Source: a bacterium
GTDB taxonomy: Bacteria > Patescibacteriota > Minisyncoccia > Sungbacterales > SURF-37
Length of the DNA stretch: 47,620 bases
Reading direction: 5' to 3'
Assembly (NCBI GenBank): GCA_030648055.1
Contig: JAUSHI010000007.1
Coordinates: forward strand, 1-47,620
Shown: in pieces, positions 35,759 to 45,442 of the stretch
Position numbering within the stretch: position 1 is the stretch's first letter
How the letters are laid out: each line of letters begins with the position of its first letter
Position numbers and translations under genes: made by a program
The notes under the pieces: generated by a model
Seen by the model: only the letters and a program-made list of their open reading frames with translations
Database searches by the model: none
What the model was told of the DNA's origin: nothing

Positions 35759-35829
35759 TCGGGCCGCTGGGAATTGAACCCAGTCTAAGCGCTCCCAAAG
35801 CGCTCGTACTACCGGTATACTACGGCCCG
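35759..35829 (-). tRNA. tRNA-Pro(TGG)
   Basis: CGGGCCG acceptor, AGCGC-TTTGGGA-GCGCT anticodon arm. Confidence 0.93.
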
Positions 35830-35860
35830 CCTTCGCTCGCCGAAGCGAGCTACGGCGGGT
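35829..35860. repeat. REP-like palindrome abutting the tRNA-Pro 5' end
   Basis: GCCTTCGCTCGCCGAAGCGAGCTACGGCGGG; shares motifs with 676-910. Confidence 0.45.
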
Positions 35861-35908
35861 AAAACCCGCTATATAGATCGCGAAGGCGAGTGTTTCACGT
35901 TTTACAAA

Positions 35909-36295
35909 TCAATATTTCTTACCAAAAACCGCATTTTCAATATGATTTATGTCGTGAATAGAGTTATCTTGGTTAAGGATAACAGAAATAACGTCAATTT
36001 GCCATTCTTTATCTATAGGTAATTTATTTTCAAAGATATATGTTTCACATGTTTTTATTAAATTACGCTTTTTATGCCCATCAACTCTTATTTCAGGCGT
36101 GAAACTTGTTTCACAGAAATACAAGCTTGTCTTAACCTCACAAAAGACCAATATATTGTTTTTTTCAGCAATAATATCTATTTCGCCGTATCGTTTTGCG
36201 TAATTGAGGCCTAATATAGAATAACCAAGTTTCACAAGAAACTCTTTCGCCACCTCCTCACCAATATCACCAAATTTCCGAGATTCAGACTTCAT
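35909..36295 (-). CDS. yraN: YraN family (UPF0102) nuclease
   Basis: GDIGEEVAKEFL..GYSIL..NY..RYGEIDIIA..LVFCEVKT. Confidence 0.9.
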   Translation of the reverse strand: MKSESRKFGDIGEEVAKEFLVKLGYSILGLNYAKRYGEIDIIAEKNNILVFCEVKTSLYFCETSFTPEIRVDGHKKRNLIKTCETYIFENKLPIDKEWQIDVISVILNQDNSIHDINHIENAVFGKKY

Positions 36296-36302
36296 AAAGA
36301 AA

Positions 36303-36438
36303 TGTTACATGTGAAACCCAACCAACCCCAACTTAATATGTTACATGTTACACATGAAACTTTATAGGTATTTGCCTCTATCATGTTTCACATGAAACAT
36401 AAAATTATAAACCGAGATAAAAAGTTTCATGTGTAACA
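36303..36438. promoter_or_regulatory. cluster of four parS-like 16-mers
   Basis: TGTTACATGTGAAACC 36303, TGTTACACATGAAACT 36346, TGTTTCACATGAAACA 36384, AGTTTCATGTGTAACA 36423; consensus parS is TGTTNCACGTGAAACA. Confidence 0.7.
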
Positions 36439-36700
36439 TTTCTAATTCTTAAAATTTAAAAAGCCCAGAGATTTCAATACGACATGTCTTTTAGGTGTCG
36501 TTTACGATTTCATTCTTTTTAAATAGCACACTATATTATAAAGTGCTATATTTAAATTAATAAATCGCCACATCTTCTTAGAATACTCTGCGATCTTCAT
36601 GGGGGATTAATAGACAAAAACGGTTAGTTCCTTTCTGGAAATCAATATTTTATAGCAAGCTGTGGGGATAAATTCTATTTAATAAAATTTGATACCAACC

Positions 36701-38284
36701 ATGGCAACATCTAAAAAACCAGTAGTGCTTATTGTTCTGGATGGATATGGTGTCGGACCAAAAAGTCGCGGAAATGCTATTGATATTGCAAAAACGCCAA
36801 ACATTAATTTGATAGAGAAAACCTACCCTTTTACTACTCTTCAGGCCTCCGGAATCGCGGTTGGTTTGCCGTGGGGTGAGGCGGGAAACTCTGAAGTTGG
36901 CCACCTGACAATGGGGGCAGGCCGCGCGCTTTATCATCATCTTCCCAGGATTATCTTTTCAATTCACGATGGCTCCTTTTACCAAAATAGCGCTTTTCTC
37001 AAGGCCGCCGAACACGTGAAACAGAACAATTCAAACCTGCACATCATGGGGCTTACTTCATCGGGATCCGTACACAGTTATATAGACCATTTATACGCAC
37101 TATTAGAATTTGTTACACGTGAAAACATTCCAAAAACATATTTACATCTAATTACCGACGGCAAAGACGCGCCACCTCAAGAAGGAGGAAAATTCATATC
37201 GGCCATTAATGAACGGATTGAAAAACTTTATCCTAAAGTAAAAATTGCCTCACTTATAGGCAGATTTTACGCGATGGACAGAGACGAAAAATGGGATCGC
37301 ATAAAAACCGCCTATGAATTGCTTGTAAATGGCAAAGGAACACCTATTTCTGATATTGGACAATACTTTAAAGATTCCTACAGTAGAGGAATTACTGACC
37401 AATTCATTGAACCGGCATACATAGAAGAAAACGGAGCGCCGATGGGCAGAATAAACAATAATGACGCCTTAATCATTTTTGATTTCCGCGAGGACTCAAT
37501 GCGTGAAATCAGTGAAACCTTTGTTAAGCCTGGATTTGATCTATTTCCGAAAGAAGCCCTTCAAAAATTTTTACTGGTTACGATGACTGAATATGAAAAA
37601 ACGATTCCCGCAATTCCGGCATTTCCGCCGCTTGAAATAAACTGGCCGCTTGGCCGGGTTATATCTGAAGCGGGGAAGAACCAGCTCCATATAGCTGAAA
37701 CTGAAAAATATGCCCATGTTACCTATTTTTTTAACGGCGGCCAGGAAAAGCCATTCGTAGGTGAGGACCGAATACTCGTCCAAAGCGTGGCAGTACCCCA
37801 CTTTGACGATAAACCGGAAATGCGCGCTGATGAAATTAAAAACCGAATTCTTGAAAACCTTGGGAAATATGATTTTATTTTAGCAAACTTCGCTAACGCA
37901 GACATGGTTGGACACACCGGAAATTTTGAAGCAATTGTAAAAGCTATTGAGATCTTGGATGGTGTTATCGGCGAACTGATTCCTTCCATATTAAAAATGG
38001 ATGGCGTTTGTATTATAACCGCTGACCACGGCAATGCCGAGCAAAAAGTAAATCCTATAACCGGAGAGGCGGTAACGGAACACACACCAAACCCGGTGCC
38101 ATTTTATCTTGTCGGAGGCCAATTTAAATTAGAAAAGGAAAAGAACTTAACAAATATTGAAAACGAGAAACAGAAAACCGAAGGAATCATATCTGATATA
38201 GCCCCGACTATACTTGAGCTAATGAAACTCAATAAACCCGATGAAATGAGCGGCAAAAGCCTGCTTGGTATTCTCCGCAAATAA
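36701..38284 (+). CDS. gpmI: 2,3-bisphosphoglycerate-independent phosphoglycerate mutase
   Basis: LIVLDGYG, GNSEVGH, GRFYAMDRD, ETEKYAHVT, DMVGHTG, TADHGNAE; start ATG 36701. Confidence 0.97.
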   Translation: MATSKKPVVLIVLDGYGVGPKSRGNAIDIAKTPNINLIEKTYPFTTLQASGIAVGLPWGEAGNSEVGHLTMGAGRALYHHLPRIIFSIHDGSFYQNSAFLKAAEHVKQNNSNLHIMGLTSSGSVHSYIDHLYALLEFVTRENIPKTYLHLITDGKDAPPQEGGKFISAINERIEKLYPKVKIASLIGRFYAMDRDEKWDRIKTAYELLVNGKGTPISDIGQYFKDSYSRGITDQFIEPAYIEENGAPMGRINNNDALIIFDFREDSMREISETFVKPGFDLFPKEALQKFLLVTMTEYEKTIPAIPAFPPLEINWPLGRVISEAGKNQLHIAETEKYAHVTYFFNGGQEKPFVGEDRILVQSVAVPHFDDKPEMRADEIKNRILENLGKYDFILANFANADMVGHTGNFEAIVKAIEILDGVIGELIPSILKMDGVCIITADHGNAEQKVNPITGEAVTEHTPNPVPFYLVGGQFKLEKEKNLTNIENEKQKTEGIISDIAPTILELMKLNKPDEMSGKSLLGILRK

Positions 38285-38298
38285 CCATCCCGAGCACT

Positions 38299-38330
38299 AA
38301 AAATCCCCGCTTCCGCGGGGATTTTGTTTT
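38299..38330. terminator. bidirectional terminator gpmI/hsp20
   Basis: AAAATCCCCGC-TTCC-GCGGGGATTTT. Confidence 0.85.
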
Positions 38331-38336
38331 GCAATC

Positions 38337-38963
38337 TCATTCAGCCTTAATTTTTATCTTTCTTGTTCCGCCGTAAGATTTTTTAGGAATCTTTACGGTT
38401 AGAAGACCGTTCTTAAGGTTCGCCTCAACTTTTTCACTATCTACCTCTTCAGGAAGCACTACTGATCTGGAAAACTTTCCCCAATAAAGTTCTTTCGCGT
38501 AATAATTTTTACCATGCGTCTCGTGGTGCTGTTTTCTTACGCCACGAATAGTGAATGTGTCATCATTAAAAGAAATATCAATATCTTCCGGATGAACTCC
38601 GGCCACCATGGCCTGAACCGTAAAGTGCGTGCCTTCATCAAGAACATCAAGCGTGAGTTCACCATCAAGTTCTACGGCTTCTTCTTCAATAATTTTTTCC
38701 GGCTCGGGAATTTCTCCGCGAGTCGCAAAAAACCTCCTTTCCATGCGACTTTCGTGAGCCGCGGGGACTTTTACCAATGTTACCTCGCCCCCCTCGAGTT
38801 CAGCAAAAGATTCCTCTGCTACCGGTTGGGGTTTTTCTTTTTTAAGTTTAATTTCTTTGAGCTTTGTTGTTTTTTTTACGCTCGTGGCTATTTCATCCGC
38901 TATCTCCACTCCGTCAGTAACCCGAACCGAACCCGTGAGACGCTCGAAAAATGATTTTGCCAT
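38337..38963 (-). CDS. Hsp20/alpha-crystallin family protein
   Basis: VAGVHPEDIDI, ELYWGKFSRSVVLPEEVD..ANLKNGLLTVKIPK. Confidence 0.9.
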   Translation of the reverse strand: MAKSFFERLTGSVRVTDGVEIADEIATSVKKTTKLKEIKLKKEKPQPVAEESFAELEGGEVTLVKVPAAHESRMERRFFATRGEIPEPEKIIEEEAVELDGELTLDVLDEGTHFTVQAMVAGVHPEDIDISFNDDTFTIRGVRKQHHETHGKNYYAKELYWGKFSRSVVLPEEVDSEKVEANLKNGLLTVKIPKKSYGGTRKIKIKAE

Positions 38964-39018
38964 AATATTTAAAACTTATAAGCTAACAAACAAATTTAAC
39001 GGCGATAAATTAAAATAA

Positions 39019-39762
39019 TCAGTCACAATCGGCGGGATTATCCTTCTTTAAGCGCTCAAACTCAATGAATACGACGAACGCCATCATAAAAAGCAGAAAA
39101 ATCAATAAATTCAAAAACTGCGGTACGGCCTCTTTTATTATAATAAAATAGTTGAAAAAAGCGTGCAATACTGAAGCAAGTATAACACCTATGAAGATAA
39201 AATGCTTCCTATGCGGACGAAAATATGAATGGGCGAGGAAATAACCGACAATTCCGGAAGAAAGCGCGTGAAGCAGATTCGCGCCGATGAATCTATTGGC
39301 ATTAAGCATCACTCCTGACGCAAAATCAGCATGGAAAAGGGGTAAGGCAAAAAGAACATTTTCTATCGCGGCAAAACCCAGGGCGGCGGTCATCATATAA
39401 ATCATAGCGTCAATCGGCTCATCAAATTCCGAGCGCCCGATAATCAGCCCTTTCACGGCTAAGTATTTCAAATATTCCTCCACAACAGCTATCACCAAAA
39501 AAATCATAAACACATTGCCGAATATGTTCGGGAAAAAATCCGTCAAAAATCCTCCGCGCGCTAAACGGATATCCCCCAGAAGAAAAAGTTCAACGACAAT
39601 TGAAAGAAGAGCCGCACCTATGCCACCTAAAAAAACGGCGATAAGCAAATGTTTGGGCTCGGGATGCCTGCGATCTTCCCGTAAATAAAATATCAGCCAC
39701 AAAAGAGGCGGCAAAAAGCTTATAAATACGTAACCGGTGTAGGCAGATATAATGGCGGCCAT
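39019..39762 (-). CDS. prsW: PrsW family intramembrane metalloprotease
   Basis: multi-TM; VVEEYLK, FAAIEN, LLHA, LHAFFN. Confidence 0.85.
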   Translation of the reverse strand: MAAIISAYTGYVFISFLPPLLWLIFYLREDRRHPEPKHLLIAVFLGGIGAALLSIVVELFLLGDIRLARGGFLTDFFPNIFGNVFMIFLVIAVVEEYLKYLAVKGLIIGRSEFDEPIDAMIYMMTAALGFAAIENVLFALPLFHADFASGVMLNANRFIGANLLHALSSGIVGYFLAHSYFRPHRKHFIFIGVILASVLHAFFNYFIIIKEAVPQFLNLLIFLLFMMAFVVFIEFERLKKDNPADCD

Positions 39763-39764
39763 AA

Positions 39765-42074
39765 TTATTTAATCACGGGCCACTCCTCAACCATGAGAAG
39801 TTTTTTATTTTTTATCGGCAAGTGCGACCAAATTTCCTCAGTAACAAAAGGCATGAAAGGATGAAGCAGTTTCAATAATATTTCAAGAGTGTAGGCGAGC
39901 GTTTCTTTCACGCCATCGTCTTCTTTTGTTTTTGAATATTCTATATATTTGTCGGCAAAATCATGCCAAGCGAACTCATATATAGTATGGAGCGCCTGTC
40001 CGAAATCAAATTTTTCAATATCTTCATTGGCCGAATTAAAGGTTTCTTTTAATCTTTCAAGTAATTCATGGCTTTCTTTATCATCACCTGACGGAGCCAC
40101 CGATCCCGCGCCCACCTTTCCGCCTGTTTTAGTAATAACAAACCGCGTTATATTCCAAAGCTTATTCGCGAATTTCTTGCCAGCTAGCACATGCTCTTCC
40201 GACCAGCGAATATCTTGAGTCCCCATAGCCTGCCAGATAATGCCAAAACGAGTAGCATCTGCGCCATATTTTTCAATCAGCGTCATGGGGTCAATGCCTG
40301 TGCCAAGCGACTTGGACATGCGTTTGCCGTCTTTCGTAAGAATGGTGGCATGTATTATTACATCCTTAAAAGGCGGCTCTTTCATAAACTCCATTCCGGA
40401 AAAAATCATGCGGCTAACCCATAAATTAATAATATCACGGGCAGTTGAAAGCACGTCGGTTGGATAAAACATATTTAAATCCTCCGTTTTATCGGGCCAG
40501 CCCAATGTCGCAAACGGCCAAAGCGCTGAAGAAAACCAGGTGTCCAACACATCTAAATCCTGAACAAACTTTGCATTGCAAAACTCGCACTTTGGTTCTT
40601 CCGCGGAAACAATAAATTCAAAACACTTTGCAACATCGGCCTCATGGTCTTTCCGTGGTTCGCACTTCGGCTCATGAAACCAAACAGGAATCCTGTGCCC
40701 CCACCAAATTTGCCGCGAAATCGTCCAGTCACGAACATGACGAAGCCATTCAAGATACGACTCATTCCATCGCTCCGGATGAAATTTTACTTTTCCGTTT
40801 TCTACGGCACCCATCGCGAGTTTCGCAAGCTCTCCCATTTTCAAAAACCACTGCAAACTCGGAATCGGCTCAATTGTCGCCCCGCAACGATAACAAACCG
40901 CGACATTGTGCGTGTATTTCTCTTCTTTTTCCAACAATCCTGCTTTTTTCAACTCTTCCACTACCTTACCTCTGCACTCGCTGGCTTTAAGCCCCTCGCA
41001 AATCACTCCCGCTTTTTTAGTCATCTTTCCATATTTATTAATCACAGTATGGCGCGGAAGATTGTGCCGCTCGGCGATATCGGCGTCCAGCAAATCATGC
41101 GACGGAGTTACTTTTACAGCACCGGTGCCGAATTCTTTCTCCACCGAATCATCAGCAACAATAGGAATTTCGCGATTTTGAATAGGTAAAAGGACTTTTT
41201 CGCCAACATATTTCTTAAAACGCTCGTCATTAATGTTAACCGCCACCGCCGTGTCTCCGAGCATCGTTTCGGGCCGCGTTGTTGCGACAGTGATGGCTTT
41301 GAATTTGTTTGGATCAAACTCATATAATCCACCAGTTACAGATTTTATAAGAGGCCATTTTTCCCGTAGTTTAACAATTGCTTCTTTGTTTTCCTGCAAT
41401 ATTAAGGGATAGCGGATGTAATAAAGAGTTGCCTCCTCTTCCTTATATTCAATCTCCAAATCCGAAAGGCTTGTCTGGTCCTTCGGGCACCAATTGATGA
41501 CGCGTTCCGCACGATAAATCCATCCTTTTTCGTAATAATGCAAAAATGCCGCCTCCACTGCCTTCCGATATCCTTCATCCATGGTAAAGCGGGTCCGCGA
41601 CCAATCCATAGAAGAGCCGAGCTTTTTGAACTGCTCAAGAATGATATTTCCGTATTTCTCTTTCCATTCCCAGACGCGCTCAATAAATTTTTCGCGGACG
41701 AGGTCGTGGCGATTCTTTCCTTCTTTCTTTAATTCTTTCTCAACGACATTCTGCGTCGCAATACCGGCGTGGTCCGTGCCCGGAAGCCAAAGCGTTTTAT
41801 AACCCTCCATTCTTTTTTTGCGGATTAAAATATCCTGAATAGCCGCGTTCAACGCGTGCCCGAGATGCAAAGAGCCGGTAACATTCGGCGGGGGAACGAC
41901 GATAGTAAAAGCTTTTTTGCGATTATCAATCTGTCCGGCCGATGGCGAGGGAAGTTTGTCAGGGTTAAAAAAACCCGACTCCTCCCAGAGGCGGTAAATT
42001 TTGTCTTCAGTTGCCTTCGGATCGTATTGTGGCGGCAATTCTTGCTGTTTTTCTGAATTTTTCTGCGTTGACAT
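39765..42074 (-). CDS. valS: valine--tRNA ligase (short form, no C-terminal coiled coil)
   Basis: PPPNVTGSLHLGHA, DHAGIATQ, DWTISRQIWWGHRIP, RMSKSLG; start ATG 42074. Confidence 0.97.
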   Translation of the reverse strand: MSTQKNSEKQQELPPQYDPKATEDKIYRLWEESGFFNPDKLPSPSAGQIDNRKKAFTIVVPPPNVTGSLHLGHALNAAIQDILIRKKRMEGYKTLWLPGTDHAGIATQNVVEKELKKEGKNRHDLVREKFIERVWEWKEKYGNIILEQFKKLGSSMDWSRTRFTMDEGYRKAVEAAFLHYYEKGWIYRAERVINWCPKDQTSLSDLEIEYKEEEATLYYIRYPLILQENKEAIVKLREKWPLIKSVTGGLYEFDPNKFKAITVATTRPETMLGDTAVAVNINDERFKKYVGEKVLLPIQNREIPIVADDSVEKEFGTGAVKVTPSHDLLDADIAERHNLPRHTVINKYGKMTKKAGVICEGLKASECRGKVVEELKKAGLLEKEEKYTHNVAVCYRCGATIEPIPSLQWFLKMGELAKLAMGAVENGKVKFHPERWNESYLEWLRHVRDWTISRQIWWGHRIPVWFHEPKCEPRKDHEADVAKCFEFIVSAEEPKCEFCNAKFVQDLDVLDTWFSSALWPFATLGWPDKTEDLNMFYPTDVLSTARDIINLWVSRMIFSGMEFMKEPPFKDVIIHATILTKDGKRMSKSLGTGIDPMTLIEKYGADATRFGIIWQAMGTQDIRWSEEHVLAGKKFANKLWNITRFVITKTGGKVGAGSVAPSGDDKESHELLERLKETFNSANEDIEKFDFGQALHTIYEFAWHDFADKYIEYSKTKEDDGVKETLAYTLEILLKLLHPFMPFVTEEIWSHLPIKNKKLLMVEEWPVIK

Positions 42075-42162
42075 GACCAAACTAAATTGCTACTTATTAT
42101 GTTACATGGTGCGATTATCGCACAAAATCTGCTGTTTGAAAACTAAAATAAAGGAGGAAGTC

Positions 42163-43890
42163 ATGCCAAGAATTTCATCTGTCGCTTTTAAAGGCAATAG
42201 TGCTCCGCATCTGCTTGCCGACGGCCGACATTATTCCGAATCTGCCGAGCGTATGCCTGTACGAAATCCGGCAACCGGCGCCGTAATCGGCAACATGTCG
42301 GTTCTATTACCCAACTCACACGCCGTGGAAGACCTCGCACATTGGGCGCATATTGCCCAAGAGTGCTGGCACTGGGAAGTACAGGAGCAGGAAAAAGAAG
42401 TGGTCTTCCGCAGTATTATCAAAAAACTAGAAGAGCATATGGGGCCGCTCGCGCGGACTATGACGCTTGAAAGCGGAAAACTTTGGAAATGGGCTATCGC
42501 CGAAGCGCAAGAAGCGATTGATACGCTCTGGCACTATCACGGCGAAATCTCGCGCGCATATACTCATGACGGTTTCACAAGATGCCAACTTCCCGATAAA
42601 AATGCCTTTTCGCTGAGAATTCCTTACGGTAAAATACTCAAGATTTCGCCGTGGAACTTTCCGCTGGCCGTTCCGATGTGGGCGGTATGCGGAGCGCTTG
42701 CCGGCGGCAATTCCATTGTTCTGAAGCCGGCCGAGCAAACGCCTTTCACTATGTATTATGTCGCATGCCTGATTCATGAAGCTATTAACGAGACCATAAG
42801 CGATGAACGCATGTTCAAGCTGGCAGGTCTTCTACAAATCGTGCAAGGGCCGGGCGAGACAAATGGCAAAACCCTTCTTGAAGAGTTTGATTATGACAAG
42901 GCCACTTTCACCGGCAGCGGAAACGTCGGCAAGATCGTCGCCTCAATTGCCGGAGGCCGCCTGAAACCGTGCCACTTGGAACTTGGAGGGCATGCGGCTA
43001 TGGTTGTGTTAGACGATTTTGACATTGACCTTGCGGTTGCCGAAGCCATCGCCGCAAATCTCGGCGACTCGGGACAGCGATGCGTCTCAGCCCGCGTCGT
43101 CTTCGTACAAAAATCCCGCTACAAGGAATTCCTTGCCAAATATCTGGAACACGCTCAAGCGCGCCGTATTGGCCACCCCATGGATTTCAAAACGGAAATG
43201 GGGCCGCTTATTTCAAAGGAGCAGTTGGCGCGTGTGGATGAAATGGTTTGCACGACCGCGGAACAAATCGGCAAACTGCCGCTTCTTGGCGGCTATCCGC
43301 TGATAAGCAAAGAAGGCACACCACGGTGCGAAGCACTAAATGTTGATGAAGACGCGATCAGCCGCGGCGGCTACTACTACGCGCCGACGGTTTTCGCCGA
43401 AGTGCCGTATGGCGTTACCGCGATGGACGAAGAAATATTCGGCCCGGTAATCGTCATCAACCCGCTGGAAGGCGATACAAGAGAGCAGGCGTTCTGGAAC
43501 GCGGTGGAACTCGTAAATGCTTCCCACTACGGACTTTCCAATGCGCTCCTTACCAACGATCGCCGGTTCTCCTCACGCGCACCCGGCAGGTTCAAGACCG
43601 GCCTTCTCTATATCGGCCGCGGACCTGCCGGAGCCGAAGTCAACAAATATTTCGGGGGTGTGAAGGCTTCGGGCTGGGGCCGCGAAGGCAAGGGCTTGGA
43701 TGCCTGGACGCAAATCCAACAGGTCACCGACGACTTTCACGGCAAAGCGCGCATGGCGCAATCCGGCGCCGAAGCGCAAATGAAAGCGGTATTTTCGGCA
43801 GAGAGATCACCGCTGGAAGATATTAAAAACCCAAATGCTGAGCTATATGGAATAGGAAAAAAGAAAGGAGAAAGACGTGAAAAGAAATAA
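42163..43890 (+). CDS. aldehyde dehydrogenase family protein
   Basis: AAGGAGG RBS, ATG 42163; PWNFP, KPAEQTP, FTGS, HLELGG, GQRC, EEIFGPV. Confidence 0.92.
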   Translation: MPRISSVAFKGNSAPHLLADGRHYSESAERMPVRNPATGAVIGNMSVLLPNSHAVEDLAHWAHIAQECWHWEVQEQEKEVVFRSIIKKLEEHMGPLARTMTLESGKLWKWAIAEAQEAIDTLWHYHGEISRAYTHDGFTRCQLPDKNAFSLRIPYGKILKISPWNFPLAVPMWAVCGALAGGNSIVLKPAEQTPFTMYYVACLIHEAINETISDERMFKLAGLLQIVQGPGETNGKTLLEEFDYDKATFTGSGNVGKIVASIAGGRLKPCHLELGGHAAMVVLDDFDIDLAVAEAIAANLGDSGQRCVSARVVFVQKSRYKEFLAKYLEHAQARRIGHPMDFKTEMGPLISKEQLARVDEMVCTTAEQIGKLPLLGGYPLISKEGTPRCEALNVDEDAISRGGYYYAPTVFAEVPYGVTAMDEEIFGPVIVINPLEGDTREQAFWNAVELVNASHYGLSNALLTNDRRFSSRAPGRFKTGLLYIGRGPAGAEVNKYFGGVKASGWGREGKGLDAWTQIQQVTDDFHGKARMAQSGAEAQMKAVFSAERSPLEDIKNPNAELYGIGKKKGERREKK

Positions 43891-44028
43891 GAAGAAATAT
43901 ATTGCGAGCACTATAAGAGAACTTTTCTCAGGTAAACTCGACGGAGGTCTGCCTCTTATCAGTCGTGAATGCTCGCATTGCGGCAGACCATGCAATTGCA
44001 CGCAGGGCAAACGATAAACCGATAATTT

Positions 44029-44070
44029 AAAAAACAAACCCCGAGACTGACTCGGGGATTTTTTATTTTT
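44029..44070. terminator. terminator between ALDH and tsaD
   Basis: CCCCGAG/CTCGGGG stem flanked by A and T tracts. Confidence 0.7.
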
Positions 44071-44089
44071 AGGTTTTAAAAAAAATTTC

Positions 44090-45295
44090 TTATTGCCACG
44101 AAAGCCGCAAGTTCGCTTCGGCGCGCACTTTTTTCCACGGCGTTTTGTCACCCGAAAAATATCCGGCAAGCGCGATCATTAAAGCGTTGTCTCCGGTTAA
44201 ATGGCGGGAGGGGAGATACAACTCCAAATTAGGAATGTTATTTTTAACCGCGGCTACAAGTGTTTCACGCAATTTTGTGTTTGCCGCGACACCACCTCCA
44301 AGAATCACACTTTTTACTCTATATTTTTTCGCGGCACGAATCGTTTTGACTACAAGCACTTCAACAACCGCATCCTGAAATTCTTTCGCGATTAACGGCC
44401 GAAGTTCTGCAAGAGAATATTTCTTCTCTAAATCACGAAGCAAATAAAGTGTCGCGGTTTTAAGGCCGGAAAAAGAAAAATCAAAATCACCGGAATTTAT
44501 CATCGGACGCGGAAGTTTGATTTTTATTTTTTTGTTTTGTTTCACGTTCTCTGCAAGCCGCGAAACAATCGGCCCGCCCGGATAACCGAGCTTCATCATC
44601 TTGGCTACTTTATCAAACGCTTCTCCAGCGGCGTCGTCACGTGTCTCGCCGATAATTTTATAATTGCCAAATTTCTTCATTAAAACTAACTCTGTGTGCC
44701 CCCCACTAACTATGAGTGCCAGTGTTGGCAGTTTCATTGTACGCAAATGAAACCCGTGTTTCTGAATTTGCGTTTCACCAAGCATTACAGTATACACGTG
44801 CCCCTCCAGATGGTTAACGGGAGTAACCGGCTTATTCCATATATATGAAAGAGCTCGCGCGAAATTAACGCCCGCCCAAAGCGCGGGCTCAAGACCGGGA
44901 CCAACCGTTACGGCAAGCGCGTCAATTTGCGGAGGCACGATTTTCGGAATTTCTTTTAAAAACCTCTTGATTAGTTCAGCCTCGCGTTCAAAAATTTCAT
45001 GCAGGATTCTAATTTGTAACGAAGAAAATTTTTGCTCTGTTTTTTGTTTTTTCGCGTGAAACAATTTAGCTTCTTTCAGCGCACTTTTTAAAACGGGCAC
45101 GAGATTTTTCTGGTGTTCCCGCTTTGCCAAATTCGGAACCACTCCACCGAATTTCCGATGAATAGGAACCTGTGACAACACAACATTGGACAAAATTTTA
45201 ATATCAGCCGCTTGCACCGAGCGTTTTAACGGACTCATTTCAATAACCGCAACCGCGGTTTCGTCGCAACTTGTCTCTATTCCTAAAATAACCAT
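44090..45295 (-). CDS. tsaD: tRNA N6-adenosine threonylcarbamoyltransferase
   Basis: LGIETSCDET, PVNHLEGH, LIVSGGHT, DDAAGEAFDK, FSFSGLK, GGVAAN, TGDNALMI. Confidence 0.97.
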   Translation of the reverse strand: MVILGIETSCDETAVAVIEMSPLKRSVQAADIKILSNVVLSQVPIHRKFGGVVPNLAKREHQKNLVPVLKSALKEAKLFHAKKQKTEQKFSSLQIRILHEIFEREAELIKRFLKEIPKIVPPQIDALAVTVGPGLEPALWAGVNFARALSYIWNKPVTPVNHLEGHVYTVMLGETQIQKHGFHLRTMKLPTLALIVSGGHTELVLMKKFGNYKIIGETRDDAAGEAFDKVAKMMKLGYPGGPIVSRLAENVKQNKKIKIKLPRPMINSGDFDFSFSGLKTATLYLLRDLEKKYSLAELRPLIAKEFQDAVVEVLVVKTIRAAKKYRVKSVILGGGVAANTKLRETLVAAVKNNIPNLELYLPSRHLTGDNALMIALAGYFSGDKTPWKKVRAEANLRLSWQ

Positions 45296-45317
45296 CGCTT
45301 TCCTTTGATAAGTTATC

Positions 45318-45398
45318 GAGCAAAATTACTACTGCCGAATCCTGCCCCGTACTAAAACTAAGTTTTTGGTTCGGAGTCTCTATTCCCAAGATTCGCAT
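45318..45398 (-). pseudogene. relic duplicate of a tsaD 5' end interrupted by a palindrome
   Basis: MRILGIET-[PNQKLSFSTGQ]-DSAVVILL vs tsaD MVILGIETSCDETAVAVI. Confidence 0.55.
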
Positions 45399-45442
45399 AT
45401 AATCAAACTTAAAACGAAAACCACTAATTTCTTTAGTTCCAT

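Noticed and set aside
39765-42074. ValRS lacking the C-terminal coiled coil as linked to the odd tRNA-Val locus
   Set aside because: Short ValRS forms are, to my knowledge, common in this lineage; nothing in the sequence ties the two loci, 17 kb apart
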